This document shows, piece after piece, positions 12,016 through 26,980 of a stretch of DNA of 64,000 nt. The DNA is from Eledone cirrhosa. Lineage: Eukaryota. Location of the stretch: the NCBI GenBank assembly GCA_964016885.1, contig OZ024745.1, forward strand, positions 9,796,001 through 9,860,000, read 5' to 3'. The notes under the pieces were generated by a model, which was not told the origin of the DNA, did no database searches, and worked only from the letters and a program-made list of their open reading frames with translations. Position numbers and translations under genes: made by a program. The first letter of the stretch is position 1. Every line of letters begins with the position of its first letter.

Positions 12016-12949
12016 ATAGCTAGTCTATACAAAGAATATAAATATTTCTCAGAGACCACCATCTCCCCAGGGAATTATAAAGATATGACTTATCAAATGA
12101 AAGATGTTCTTTCCACATGATAAGACACTAATGTATTTAAAATAAGTTACTCAGAAGACCTGGCAAAACTATCCTCAACAGCTAAGTTCATGGAAATATG
12201 TAGAGTTTTGTGTTGTTGCCAGATATACAGTATTGTTTAGCTTCATGTCTTTTTGTTTTTTCTTTTACTGGCTTAGACAATTACTGAGGTATTGCTTGAT
12301 TACAATACAAAAATCCTTCATAGAATTTGAACTAAAAACCTATGATCTAGTAGTCTTGATCCCTGCAGCCAGTTTATATCCCTGCAGCCAGTTTATTACC
12401 ACACCAACAAAGTCAACAACATAAATTGCAATTAATATACTTCTATAATAGCAGCTTTATAAAAGTAGATATAGTGGATTAACTTATTAGTAGCGGTATT
12501 TTACAGTTTATATACAAATTTAATGGGTTTCTTTTTAATGTCCATTGTAGCTGACATGATTTCTAATGAATGTGCACAGCGCCAGCCATTGTAAATATTG
12601 CAAGCTACAATGTCCATGAAAATGTTTTCTAAAAAAATAATAATTGAAGAATTAATCAATAAATGAATAAAGCAGAATGCCAGGTTCTTAATATTAGGTA
12701 AAAAAGCAAACCAACAAACAAAAAAAAAAAAAAACAGCCTAATAAAACTTGTGGTAGTCTTTGTTGCTAAAAATTTTACACTGAAGTTTGTGTGAAGTTA
12801 GATAAGTTTATATGTTGGAGGAATATCTGACCTTTTATAAAAGAGAGATGAGTAAAATTACAGTCTCTATGAGGACCTCCTGTAGACTGTCTTAATTATG
12901 AGAGTGACTAACCCATGCTAGCATAGACAAATGGATGTTAAACGGTGAT

Positions 12950-14020
12950 GAGTGACCTCATTATAATGGCTGTTGACTTTTATGAACTTGTTAGGCAATA
13001 CCATGATGGCTATTCTGGTGTATATGGTGGCTATGATTTTGGTACATGGAGTTGTTTTAGATAAATGGTGCTAAGTTGAAACCATTCAATATTGGTGTAG
13101 GACTCCACCAAGGGTGCATACATATATATATCAGCAGTGGAGGAGGGTGTTCTGAAAGTACAGTAACCAGAGTTAGAACGGGATGGAAAAAGTTCAGAGA
13201 GCTAATACCGCTGTTGGCCACAAATGGTTTCTCTCTAAAAATGAAAGGAAGATTGTGTGATGCTTGTATATGAACAGCAATATTACATGGTAGTGAGAGC
13301 TGGGCGTTGTGTGCAGAGGACTTGCAGACATTGGAAAGAAATGAAGTTTGCATGTTCTGATAGATGTGTAATAGTAATGTACGTGAACGGCAAAGCATAA
13401 CCGAATTGAGAGAGAGACTGAGCATAAGAGGAATCAAATGTCGTGTGCAGGAGAGGAGGTTGCATTGGTATGAAGGACAACAGCTGTATAAAAGAGTGTA
13501 GGGCGATCAAAATTGATGGAAGTTACAGAATGGGTAGACCCAGAAAACCCTGGCTCGAGGTGAGAAAAATTGACATTGCTAACTTACACCTTCTAAGACA
13601 ATGTCACTGGATCGAAACCTTTGAACTTAAACCTACAGTCAGTAGGCACCTCTTAACCAAATATACACCCCAACCCCACTCCATCCTTCCACTTCTGTCC
13701 ACACCACCCTTTCTCTGTAAAGCTATGTTGGTACCACAGAATATCCAACCCACACTGTAAAGTGGTAGTGTAGGTAACACAACAAAAAGCACCCAGTCTA
13801 CACTGTAAAGTGGTCTTGTAGGGGACATGGTATAAAGGCTCCCAGTTCACACTGTAAATGTGGTTGGTGTTAGGAAAGGCATCCCGCCATAGAAAATCTG
13901 CCAGAAACAGTTCTATACGAGCGAAACACAGTCACCCAACCAATCTTGCCTCAAGTGGGACAAACCCGTCCAACCCATGCTAGTGTGGAAGATGGACGTT
14001 AAACGATGATGATGATGATC
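12950..14020 (+). mobile_element. Mosaic or internally deleted RTE copy (endonuclease scrap, RT scrap, C-terminus, 3' UTR, (GAT)n)
   Basis: GGYDFGT-like, VGLHQG and SSGGGCSESTVTRVRTGWKKFREL pieces in collinear order; tail GACGTTAAAC(GAT)n. Confidence 0.85.
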
Positions 14021-14749
14021 CATCTCTCTAACGACTACCAAATCAACCATCAAATACTTTAGTAGCAGAAGAAAATGACAAACTGTCTAGTTTAGAAAAA
14101 GATTAAAAAAATAAAGATGTTTTGTATGAGTATGGCTGGAAAAGACTGGGAGAAGATGAGTCTAAGGTGGATATTGATCACAGAAACATAGATAATGAGA
14201 TTAAACATAACAATTGATGAACTGTAAAACTGATCAGTAATAGATTATTTAGTAGAATGATTATATACATTGAATACAAGACTGCATATAAAATAGATTT
14301 TAAACTAGTGGTGATATGAAGTTGATGATGATGATGAAGACTGTAAAATGCATGTGTTGTTTCACATGTGTATTAAATGTGTATGTCTTTGTGTGTAAAC
14401 AAAATTATTTTAAAGTTATATTGGTTTTCCTGTGGGTATCAAGTTTGTTGGCAGATTCCATGTGGAAAATGTTAACATTCTTTGTTGGAAGAAATAACAT
14501 TTTTAAAACAAGTCACATGGTTAAGAGTAGCTCCACTGGTTTATTAATAGTTACTGCAAATAGTTAAATATTTGAGAAATCTCACATTTCCAGCTAAACA
14601 GCTAGAAATACTGTTCTAGATGTACCATCTGTATTGTTTCTTTAATTTGATAGAGAAAGATATAGAAGAGTGTTAACATTACCAGAAACTTCCAGATGCT
14701 CATCTTGGAGTTGATGATATCTAATAAAGATATCACAAGTTCACATACA

Positions 14750-15290
14750 AGACATCAGCTGCAAGTGCAATGAGCATGCTTTGATGGATGTGCAATGTTA
14801 ATGAGCATGAATGGACAGGTTGAGAACAAAACAAAAAAAACTGAGTATAAGAAGAATGAGATGTACTGTGCAGGAGAGAAGATTGTGTTGGTATGGACAT
14901 GTAATATATATGGTGGATAATTGCTTGGTGAAGAAGTGCCAAGAAATCCCATTGCAAGGAAGTTGCAGTAGAAGACCAAGAAAGAACTGGGCAGATGTGA
15001 AAGCTGAGCTCAAATCACTGAAACTCACAGAGAAGATGACATCTTTTATCATCATAATTTGTTGGTTCGATTCCTGGATAAGCTGCTGTGTTGCGTTCTT
15101 GAACAAAACACTTTACTTCATGTTGCTCCAGTCCACTCAGCTGAGAGTGAGTACTAGCAGTGGCTGGGGAGTTAATCCTATGATAGACCAGTGTCCTGTC
15201 CAGGGAGAGTCTTGTACTCTCAGTTGGAAACTGGAGATAAGCACCAGCCTGATGAGCTTTCTGCTTAGAACAAACTAACTTAACTATGAG
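14750..15290 (+). mobile_element. Decayed RTE family-C fragment followed by a partial CORE-like SINE (~15060-15290)
   Basis: ORF 14811-15278 contains QERRLCWYGHV..CQEIP; then TTGAACAAAACACTTTACTTCATGTTGCTCCAGTCCACTCAGCTG. Confidence 0.7.
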
Positions 15291-16824
15291 GGAGATAGGT
15301 TCAGTGATGACATAGAGATTAAGACAAGGGAGTATATATAGTTATAGCTCTAGAAATAACTTAAGTTTTACTTGAATCACACAAAATATAAACTAAATAA
15401 ATTACAATATGTTATTCAGCTGATGTTAGTATGACTGCCAGAAATCTTACTCAGATCTAATTTGTTTTCATCACGTTCTCAACACTGACTTCTCTACTAC
15501 AGACATGAATACTTTAGCAGTGAAGTTAATACTTTATTCCACTATAATACTAAACATTGTTTACGCAAGTTTTATGAAGGTGAACTTAATATCAAAATCA
15601 AATTTGCATGTTATTTACAAGACTTTCATTTCTGTTTAGCTTTAATTCCTTTATCTACAAAGTAATACTGAAGTAATTAATAATTTCAGATCATCATCAC
15701 CATCACTATCACCACCACCACAATCATCATCATTACCCCCACCATCACTACTGCCATCGTCATTATCCCCCCCACCACTACTGTCCTCCCTCCCACTACT
15801 GCCACCACCATCACCACCATCATTTAATGCCTGTTCTACTACTTTTTACTTGGCTTGTGAAGTTGTTGTAGAGATGACTAGAGAGAAACTGTTGGGTTGT
15901 GGTTAGGAAGCTGGGAATAGTTAGACAGGTAGATAGGTGGGTGGGTGGGCAGGTGAATGGATGGACAGGTAGGTGGGTGAGTAGATGGATAGATAGACAA
16001 GTAGGTGGGTGGATGGATGGACAGGTAGATAGGTGGATGGATGGACAGGTAGATAGGTGGGTGATTGGACAGGTAGAAAGATTAATAATAGATAGAAGAT
16101 ATATATGTAGCTAACTAGATAGATTTCTTTATTAGCCACAAGGGCGCAACAAGAAAGGGAGCTAACTAGATAGTCAGTTAGTTAGACAGATAGATAGAGA
16201 AATAAGTTAATAGATAGACAGGCAGATAGACAAATAGATATACAGATAGACTAATAGATAGCTAGATGGATGGATAGATGGAAAATGAAAGAATAAAGAG
16301 AAAATTGAAAAGCACAAGAAAAATAGAATAAATGGAGATAAGAGAATCCAAAGGAAGTTCTGTAAAGAAACAAAGAAAAAAGTAGAATAAAATAGGAGGG
16401 AGGGGGTGGGGTGAGAGAGAGGGGCAGTGGGAGCAGTAATAGAGAAAATTGGATAGCAGCGATGCAGACAAAATGAAAAAGTGCAAGCTAGCTCAGCAGA
16501 TACACTGAAGTATATATATATACAGTCTATGCATATATATATAATCATAAACACACACAAACTGATAGTTAAATAGGTAGGATGAATAGTAGAGCTAACG
16601 GGAGAAGAGAGAAATTGAGAGGTAGAGAGTTAAAGGAAGGGAAATAGACAATGATATGAGGAAGCTAGAGAGAGTGAGAAAGTATTGTGTACTTTGCAGT
16701 ACATGCATGCGTTACTGCACAAACAAACGTTTGCTGCATACGGAAATGGTGCTAATGTAATAAAACAAACTGCTTGACGTAAGAGCAACAAGCTACTTTC
16801 ATTGTAAGAATGTATACAATTATA

Positions 16825-19730
16825 ACACACACAATCATACACACACACAATCAAACACACACAATCATACACACACAATCAAACACACACAATCATACAC
16901 ACACAATCAAACACACACAATCATACACACACAATCATACACACACAATCAAACACACACAATCATACACACACAATCATACACACACAATCAAACACAC
17001 AATCATAAACACACACAATCAAACACACAATCATAAACACACACAATCATACACACACAATCATAAACATACACAATCATAAACACACACAATCATACAC
17101 ACATACAATCATAAACATACACAATCATAAACACACACAATCAAACACACACAATCAAACAAACACAATCATAAACACACACAATCAAACACATACAATC
17201 ATACACACACAATCATAAACACACACAATCAAACACACACAATCATACACACACAATCAAACACACACAATCATACACACACAATCAAACACACACAATC
17301 ATACACACACAATCATAAACATACAATCATACACACACAATCAAACACACACAATCAAACACACATAATCATAAACATACAATCATACACACACAATCAA
17401 ACACACATAATCATAAACATACAATCATACACACACAATCATACAGACACAATCAAACACACACAATCATAAACATACAATCATATACACACAATCATAC
17501 ACACACAATCATATACACACAATCAAACACACACAATCAAACACACACAATCATAAACACACAATCATACACACAAAATCAAACACACACAATCATACAC
17601 ACAATCAAACACACACAATCAAACACACACAATCAAACACACACAATCATACACACAATCATACACACACAATCATACACACAATCATACACACACAATC
17701 ATACACACACAATCAAACACACACAATCAAACACACACAATCATAAACATACAATCATACACACACAATCAAACACACACAATCAAACACACACAATCAT
17801 ACACACACAATCAAACACACACAATCATAAACATACAATCATACACACACAATCAAACACACACAATCAAACACACACAATCATAAACATACAATCATAC
17901 ACACACAATCAAACACACACAATCAAACACACACAATCAAACACACACAATCATACACACACAAGCATACACACACAATCAAACACACACAATCAAACAC
18001 ACACAATCATACACACACAATCAAACACACACAATCAAACACACACAATCAAACACACACAATCAAACACACACAATCATACACACACAATCAAACACAC
18101 ACAATCATACACACACAATCAAACACACACAATCAAACACACACAATCATACACACACAATCATACACACACAATCAAACACACACAATCATACACACAC
18201 AATCATACACACACAATCATACACACACAATCATACACACACAATCATACACACACAATCATACACACACAATCAAACACACACAATCATACACACACAA
18301 TCATACACACACAATCAAACACACACAATCAAACACACACAATCATACACACACAATCATACACACACAATCATACACACACAATCATACACACACAATC
18401 ATACACACACAATCAAACACACACAATCATACACACACAATCATACACACACAATCAAACACACACAATCAAACACACACAATCATACACACACAATCAT
18501 ACACACACAATCATACACACACAATCATACACACACAATCATACACACACAATCATACACACACAATCATACACACACAATCAAACACACACAATCATAC
18601 ACACACAATCATACACACACAATCATACACACACAATCATACACACACAATCATACACACACAATCAAACACACACAATCATACACACACAATCATACAC
18701 ACACAATCAAACACACACAATCAAACACACACAATCATACACACACAATCATACACACACAATCATACACACACAATCATACACACACAATCATACACAC
18801 ACAATCATACACACACAATCATACACACACAATCAAACACACAATCAAACACACACAATCATACACACACAATCATACACACACAATCAAACACACACAA
18901 TCATACACACACAATCAAACACACACAATCAAACACACACAATCATACACACACAATCATACACACACAATCATACACACACAATCATACACACACAATC
19001 ATACACACACAATCATACACACACAATCATACACACACAATCAAACACACACAATCATACACACACAATCATACACACACAATCATACACACACAATCAT
19101 ACACACACAATCATACACACACAATCATACACACACAATCATACACACACAATCATACACACACAATCATACACACACAATCATACACACACAATCATAC
19201 ACACACAATCATACACACACAATCATACACACACAATCATACACACACAATCAAACACACACAATCAAACACACACAATCATACACACACAATCATACAC
19301 ACACAATCATACACACACAATCATACACACACAATCATACACACACAATCAAACACACACAATCATACACACACAATCATACACACACAATCAAACACAC
19401 ACAATCATACACACACAATCATACACACACAATCATACACACACAATCATACACACACAATCAAACACACACAATCATACACACACAATCATACACACAC
19501 AATCATACACACACAATCATACACACACAATCATACACACACAATCATACACACACAATCATACACACACAATCATACACACACAATCATACACACACAA
19601 TCATACACACACAATCATACACACACAATCAAACACACACAATCATACACACACAATCATACACACACAATCATACACACACAATCATACACACACAATC
19701 ATACACACACAATCATACACACACAATCAT
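16825..19730. repeat. 14-bp satellite CAATCA(T/A)ACACACA, about 200 units
   Basis: Direct inspection. Confidence 0.98.
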
Positions 19731-19887
19731 TAGACTGTGCCCATGCTGGGGCACCAGATTGATTTAGTTGATCATATTGCTCCCAGTTCTTATTTTGTCA
19801 AACTGCTAAGTTACAGGACATAAAATACAGACATAAACACACACACACACTCACACACTCACACACTCACACACACACACACACACT

Positions 19888-19918
<31 letters not shown>

Positions 19919-20004
19919 ACTCACACACACACACATGACAGAGGCTACAGTTTCTATTTCTGAAATTCCACTGACGAGGCATTGGTGAACCTGGGGCTAT
20001 AATA

Positions 20005-20155
20005 GTTGTTTCTACGTTAGGCACAAGGCCAGCAATTACCCAGTACATTACTGGTACTTTATTTTATCGACCCCGTAAGGATTAAAGGCAAAGTTAATCT
20101 CGGCGGAATTTGAACTCAGAATGGCAAGGGCCGTAACTCAATGCTGCCAATCCAT
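20005..20155 (-). mobile_element. SINE family 2
   Basis: TTGTTTCTAC..GGCACAAGGCCAGCAATTACCCAGT..TGGTACTTTATTTTATCGACCCCGTAAGG..TTTGAACTCAG. Confidence 0.8.
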
Positions 20156-20552
20156 AATGAAAATAAGCAACAAAAAATGAGAGAAAAACAAGATGAGGAT
20201 GAATTATATATATGTAAAGAGGTAAATAAGTCCTTTAGTCATGAATGACCATGGGATATACACTGAGGTCCTCTCTCAGGTCCAACAATAAACAAGCTGT
20301 TTATGTGGAAGAGCAGCAGTTGGCCATACCTACCAGTTTCACCTCTCCCACTGATGTCCATGGCAAAGATAAAGGCTGATATAGCTTGGCACCAGTGACA
20401 TCACAACTCTTTTCCAGCTGAGTAAACTGAAGCAATGTGAAATAAAGTGTCTTGTTCAACGATACAAGGCACCACCAGGTCTGGGAATTGAACTCACAAC
20501 TTCATGTGAATCCCACTATCACTGAATCACACGCTTATATATATATATGTCT

Positions 20553-20851
20553 CAAGGGTGGGACGGGAACTGATACTGGCTTGATTTCTACAGCTGGATG
20601 CCCTTCCTAACACCAACCTCATTTACAGCGAATGCTGGGTGCTTTTTTGCCGTAGCACCTCCACGACCACTTTACAGTGGAATGATAGGGACCCCAGTCC
20701 CTATCATCTCATTTCTACAGCTGAGTAAACTGGAGCAATGTGAAATAAAGTGTCTTGCTCAAGGAAACAACACATCACCCGGTCTGAGAATTGAACTCAC
20801 AACCTTTCGATTGAAAGCCAAATGCTCTAACCACTAAGCCATGTGCCTCCA
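20553..20851 (-). mobile_element. SINE family 1 (CORE-like), lacking the extreme tail; an older partial copy lies at ~20400-20530
   Basis: Reverse complement of 8627-8925. Confidence 0.88.
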
Positions 20852-22884
20852 TTATGTTTATATATGTCTGTATGTGTATTACATACACGCGCTTATATAT
20901 ATATATATATGTTTGTATGTGTATGAGATACACATACTTATATATATATACCTTTTTCTTTTTAAGAACTGAACCAAGAAACCCTCTAAAAGTTATTAGT
21001 CATATAGGAGATAGGCTTTTGTATAGGCATACACAGTTTCCCTATATGACTTTCACATGTTTCTCCCCTGCCACACACACATCGTATAGTAAGTTTGCTG
21101 TTGATATTTTAAGTCAACAATCTATGGTGTGTTCTAGCTTTGGTTCCCTAAATGGTATCCAACAGAATATTTATTATGAGGGGAGAAACTTATATTTCCA
21201 ACTCCATTTTATTACCTATTATGCCGCATGATACTAATATATTGAGTACCTTTTTAAACTGTGGGTACCTATTATATATAAGAGTGTGTTGTAGTTTGCT
21301 TGAAACAGTATGTTATGTGAAAGCTACAATACAAAATGGACGTTAGATTTTGGAGTAATTTGAAGGTAACAAAGATGGTGTGTCACCTGTTATTTACCTG
21401 TCCTAATATTTCAGGTGTAAAATATATATAGAAGTTTCTTGACTATATATGTTGGTTGTTAACTGTAGTTAGGGAACAATCTGCCATGGCCAACACTTTT
21501 ATAGGGGTGGCACTTTGGGGTCTGTTATAGAAGTCTGTAATTATGTTGTAGTTTTTATTGAGGTGGGTTGGGGAGCTGACAGATGGCTCCATGTGGCACA
21601 CATTCCAGCTATGCCACTGGTTATCACAATCCACAGTCTACAGGTATCAGCCATAATCATCACCATCATCATGATGGTGATCACAACCACCTAACATCGA
21701 CGTTAAGGGTGTATCTTTGGAAGGTGCAGCCATTTATATATACCCTAATTTCACCAGCAGGCAGTTTTATTGGTTTTATCAACTGGAGCAGTTGTGGAAA
21801 ATATGACAGTGGTACAACAACAGCAGCAGCACCATCAACAACAACATATTTGTGTATATGTATGTGTTTGTCTTGTGTGTGCGTGTATTGTTCTATAAGT
21901 GCAGACAGTGAAACAGGAGTGTTATTCTATATGTGTAGTATGTGTTTGTCTGTCTCTATACTATTACATATGTATGTGTTTGTCTGTGTGTGTGTGTGTA
22001 TACTATTACATATGTATGTGTTTGTCTGTGTATGTGTGTGTATACTATTACATATGTATGTGTATGTGGTGGAGGAATATGTGGGGTGTTTGTAGAGCTA
22101 ATGAAGAAGTGAGCTGTGAAGGTGCCTGGATAATATTATTAGCTGGTGATGTTTAGCTCTAGATCAGCCATGATGAAAACCATTCCAACCATGACCACTA
22201 TGTCTCTCTCTGGCATTGCATATCTATTACTACATAATAAGGATTTCTGATTTAGACACAAAGCCAAAAATTTTGAAAGAGGGGAAAGTAAATTAAATCG
22301 AACCAGTGCATTACTGGTACTTTAGTTTATTGATCCCGTAAGGACAAAAGGCAAAGCTAATCTTGGCGGGATTTGATTTCTTTCATGTAATGATGAGATG
22401 TCAGACCCATTTTTTAATTTAAATTTGAAAAATTTAAGGGAGACAGTTTTGTGTGGGTTGGTATTTAAAGGGTTAAATGGGTTTAGGCTGCAATCATCCA
22501 ATTTCTCTTTTTCTTTTTTTAAGACAATATGTTATGATTTGTTGGTAGTATTTGGCTGCTGTTTCTAGCATGTCATGTATCCATATAAAAGCTATCTCAT
22601 TGTCGGTAGCATGTAGTATGAGTATGTGTAGAGCTTCTCTAGTATTTATTAGCACGGATGTCTGCAGATCTCTGCAGACCTTCAGACAAACGTGATTAGA
22701 AATAGCACGTGTGTCCTCGTTTGTGCTATATATCAAATCAAAGGAGACCTATAGCCTGCTTGCAACCAATCAACATTGAAGTTTGTTTATCTGTAATCAT
22801 TTATATATATATATATATGTGTGCATACAAGCATACATGTATGCACGTGTATGTCCATCTATATGTGTATGTATATATATATAT

Positions 22885-23072
22885 GCAAAAAGTCAACAAG
22901 GGAAAACAGGAGAGCAACATAGTATAATGAAATATATTAGTTTAATGCTTGATAGAGTCTTTATGTTTTAGATACTATCTTTCATCAGAAGATAGAATGA
23001 GAAATAAAAGATGAAATAGAAAGATAGTGAGTGAGAAGAGGCAGGAACAGAGATGTGTGTATTCAGTCAGCC

Positions 23073-23106
<34 letters not shown>

Positions 23107-23445
23107 CAAAGGAAATGTGGTAAGGAACCAGGTGGACCATAACGCACCAAAGTACTCAATACTTAGGGTAGTAGAGTGGGTAATAGGAACGAGTAGGACC
23201 CCAACGGCTGAGCTCAAGCCGTTTCGACGGCTAATTCTGGACTAAATTTTATTTTTATTTAGTCCAGAATTAGCCGTCGGAACGGCTTGAGCTCAGCCGT
23301 CGGGGTCCTACTCGTTCCTATATATATATATATATATATGAAAAAATGGGGAGAAGAATACTGCAGGTTGCACATGGATAACATGTAATAAAATATGTCC
23401 CTCATCAGTGATTTGCCGACGATCATAGATATTTCATTGCATTAA
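22885..23445 (-). mobile_element. Cluster of three short Penelope-like terminal remnants separated by (TA)n, with hammerhead-core fragments
   Basis: Minus-strand CTGATGA at 22982-22988 and 23402-23408; GAAAC-stem-GTY inside the 23184-23320 fold-back. Confidence 0.55.
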
Positions 23446-24715
23446 AAATATATATATATGTGTGTGTGCGTGTGTGTGTAAAATATCACTATAATACTAC
23501 ATTCTTAATGAATATACCACTTTAATGTTATATTGCCACTGAAGATATCAAACTATACCAATGTAAGTGCTCATACTCAGACATTCATCACCATCATTAT
23601 CATTAATATTGTAATATCTATTTTTCTATGGTGACATGACTTAAAGTGGAATGGTAATTTTCTCAGCATACCTCCATTTGTATTGAGGTAACATTTTCTC
23701 ACACCCTACATCACCACCAATGACCACAACACCAACAAAAATCACTAATATAACACTACCAACAACCACAAAAACACCAATAACTACAACACAACCCCTT
23801 AAACAAGCAATATTATTTTACATGTTTTGTGCTTAGAATTGACCATAAAGGGTTGACTTCCAAACAAAAGGAACTGGAAGAAATACTGCAAAGTATTTCA
23901 TCAGATACAAACTTTACCATCATCAGTTGATAGTAGTATTTCTGACTACACCATGGTTGTTTCTGATAGGACCTTCTAGAAGGTGTATCTGAAGACTCTG
24001 CCACCAATGACCCTCAGGAATGAATGTGTAAAGGATGAGAAGATCCTTTGGGGTCAATTAAATAAAGTATCAGTCTAAGGCAGAATTATTAAACTACTGA
24101 ATGAGATAATTTCATCCTTTCGGGGTCAATAAAATAAAGTACCAGTCTAGGGCTGAATTGTTAAAGTACTGGATGAGATGTCTTGGAGTATTTGTTCTTA
24201 CACTTTGTATTCCGAGTTCAAATCCTATCAAGTCTTACTTCAGAGATAGACTTAATTAATCACCTAATTTAACAACACAACATGGCTTAAGCAAGTATTT
24301 CAGCCAGATCTCTAGTTAAAGTATACCTTTCTCTTTCTCTTCCACTTGTTTTAGAGGACCTGAAAAGGGTCAACAACCCTGCCCTTCCTTCCTTGACTAA
24401 ACAGTAAAATAAATAAACCTAACATTTAGATATGCTAATGATCTATCAGACCCATGCCTTTTTATTCATTAATTAGTCCGAGGAAAACTGGATATGCATC
24501 GATATAACTGATGTTCAGCTGAGATCAATGTTCAATCGGGTGGTCTTTTTCTTCTTTTTTTTTGTAGTCTACATGGTCTAAAATGTGTGGAGGCAACTAG
24601 CAATAAAAACTCTACAGGTTAGTAATACCCAGATCTATGAGCAATGTTTTTTGGCGTTGAGATACAGATTTGGTTGTATAACAAAATAAGGGATCACAAG
24701 ATTTGATATCATGTA

Positions 24716-24968
24716 GGAAAATATAAATAGAAGGGCAGAAATATTGGTGGGATAAAATATGGATAGAAGGGCTACATGCAGGGACATAGTGGGATAAAAT
24801 ATAGATAGAAGGGCTACATGGCAGGGACATAGTGGGATAAAATATAGATAGAAGGGCTACATGGCAGGGACATAGTGGGATAAAATATAGATAGAAGGGC
24901 TACATGGCAGGGACATAGTGGGATAAAATATAGATAGAAGGGCTACATGGCAGGGACATAGTGGGATT
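24716..24968. repeat. 43-bp minisatellite (GTGGGATAAAATATAGATAGAAGGGCTACATGGCAGGGACATA), ~5.5 copies
   Basis: Period of 43 measured between 24789 and 24832. Confidence 0.92.
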
Positions 24969-26980
24969 AAACGAGTGGCCACAAGTTGATGAAAGGATGC
25001 TGAAGTGGGGAAACAAAGGGTTAATATTGAAGAAATACTAAAGAGAGCAGGGGGCATAAGGGATGAGAGAAGGAATTAGATAAAATGAGAGAGGAAGGAA
25101 GAGAGAGAGATAAAGGTATGAGGGAGGAGTGAATGAGAGAAAAAGTAAAAGAGAAGTAGAAAATAGTGATGACATACTGTAACAGGAAAAACAAACCTAA
25201 AACAACATAATAGTAAATATAATTGGTGTTTTAGAAAACCTATATTTGTTAACATGTTTTAGAGAATAAAGAAAGTAGAGTATACACAGGCTGACATATG
25301 TAGCACATCTTTGAAGTACTTTCTGATAATATTTGTACTGTTACAGAAATATCAGCACTTAGACTTAGACAATACACAACAACAAATGACCCAGATTATT
25401 ATTTTACCAAAGGCTACTTGAGAGGTCAGTAACTCAGCTTGAGTGACTTCAAAAGTGATATTCAAAAGGTGAGGAAGGACTCTTCAGGTTTGTCAAAGAC
25501 TTGACAACCTCCCTAGTGTTAGTGACAATATACACAATAAAAAAAATCACCCAGTACACACTGTAAGTGGTTGATGATAGGAAGGGCATCCAGCTGTAGA
25601 AATCCTGCCAAACAAAGGTTTGGGAGGACTCTTCAACTGTGTCAAAGATGCAACAACCTCCCTAGTGTTGGTGCCATGATGAAATACATTTGGTAGAGTG
25701 CAGGATCGTATGAAAGCAAGATGTAGCTCCCACCCAAACTACAAACCCCCTAGTCCACTGCAATCTATGTCAACCACACATACATGCACACATATGCACG
25801 ATCACATGCATACACAAACACACAAATACGCACATACAAACACTCACATACCCACACACCCATATACGCCGCCCCCTCCACACCTCCTTTGAACTTTAAT
25901 GATAATAAAAATAGATGTGGTCAATGATGATGTTGTTATTGCGGATCCTGGTATTTTGGTATTGGTTGATATCATATCAATCAGACTTATTGATTGATTT
26001 ATTGAGTGAGAATTCTATGGCCAGAGCCCTTCCTGACACCCACTGCTGCTTGTTTTCTTTTCATTTTTACCTTAAATAAAGGTTTAGATCTTTGCATGTC
26101 TAACCACTGAGCAATGAGGTCTTTATATAGTACAATAAATATATATTGTTTGTGATGTCAAATGTGAAGCTAGCAACACAACTGATGGCAACCCCTCTGT
26201 CTTTAAGGGTCTTCACCCTTATATAAGCTATATTATAGCATCTCCACTATAGCTCCTTTATAGTATCACTGCACATGAGCACACCATTCTTTATATTAAC
26301 TTTATTCCCTCAGTGCTTTGTAAAAGTCAGAGAGATCGACTATGTATACATAAAATACACTATATTTGAATTAGCTAAGGAAGAATTTACTAAAATTATT
26401 ATTTGATTATTAAGGTGGTATTTGTAAAATTATGTTAGGTTTTAATTTAAAAAGAAACCCTTTAAAATTGGTGGTTTTGTTTCATAGAACCAGAGTTGGT
26501 GGGGTGGGTTGTTACTAAAAGGTTATTTAAACAGTATATAACTAGTTTTAGTGTGCTGTTGTTGTTAGTATTTGTTTTTACTTGATTCTATTGTTTTTAT
26601 TTTAATGTCTTTTATACCATTACACCACCAACACCATCTACCATCAATACCACCACCTACCATCACCACCACCAACACCAACACCACCACCACCTACCCT
26701 ACCACCATCACCACCACCAACACTACCACCACCATCATCTGTAGTGATTTTTGTTGTACAACAATAAATGACATTATATAAAACTTTTCTTTTGTTTTGA
26801 AATCACTTTAAAATGGCAGTTGGATAAAACAACAACAACAACATATAACAACAAAAGATGAGAAAAGACAAAAGCTACTTTAAGAGACAGAAATTGAATA
26901 ACAATTAAACATTAGACTCTAATGTTCTTCATTTGAGTTTTCAACAGAACAAGAATAACTTATATATAAATATATATATA

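Noticed and set aside
20990-21640. Non-repetitive stretch with short ORFs, possibly a very old Penelope GIY-YIG remnant
   Set aside because: Motifs are too decayed to support by eye; it needs a translated search.
23838-23930. Exon-like + strand stretch (IDHKGLTSKQKELEEILQSISSDTNFTIIS*) after TGCTTAG
   Set aside because: No recognisable homology, no partner exons, weak splice signals.
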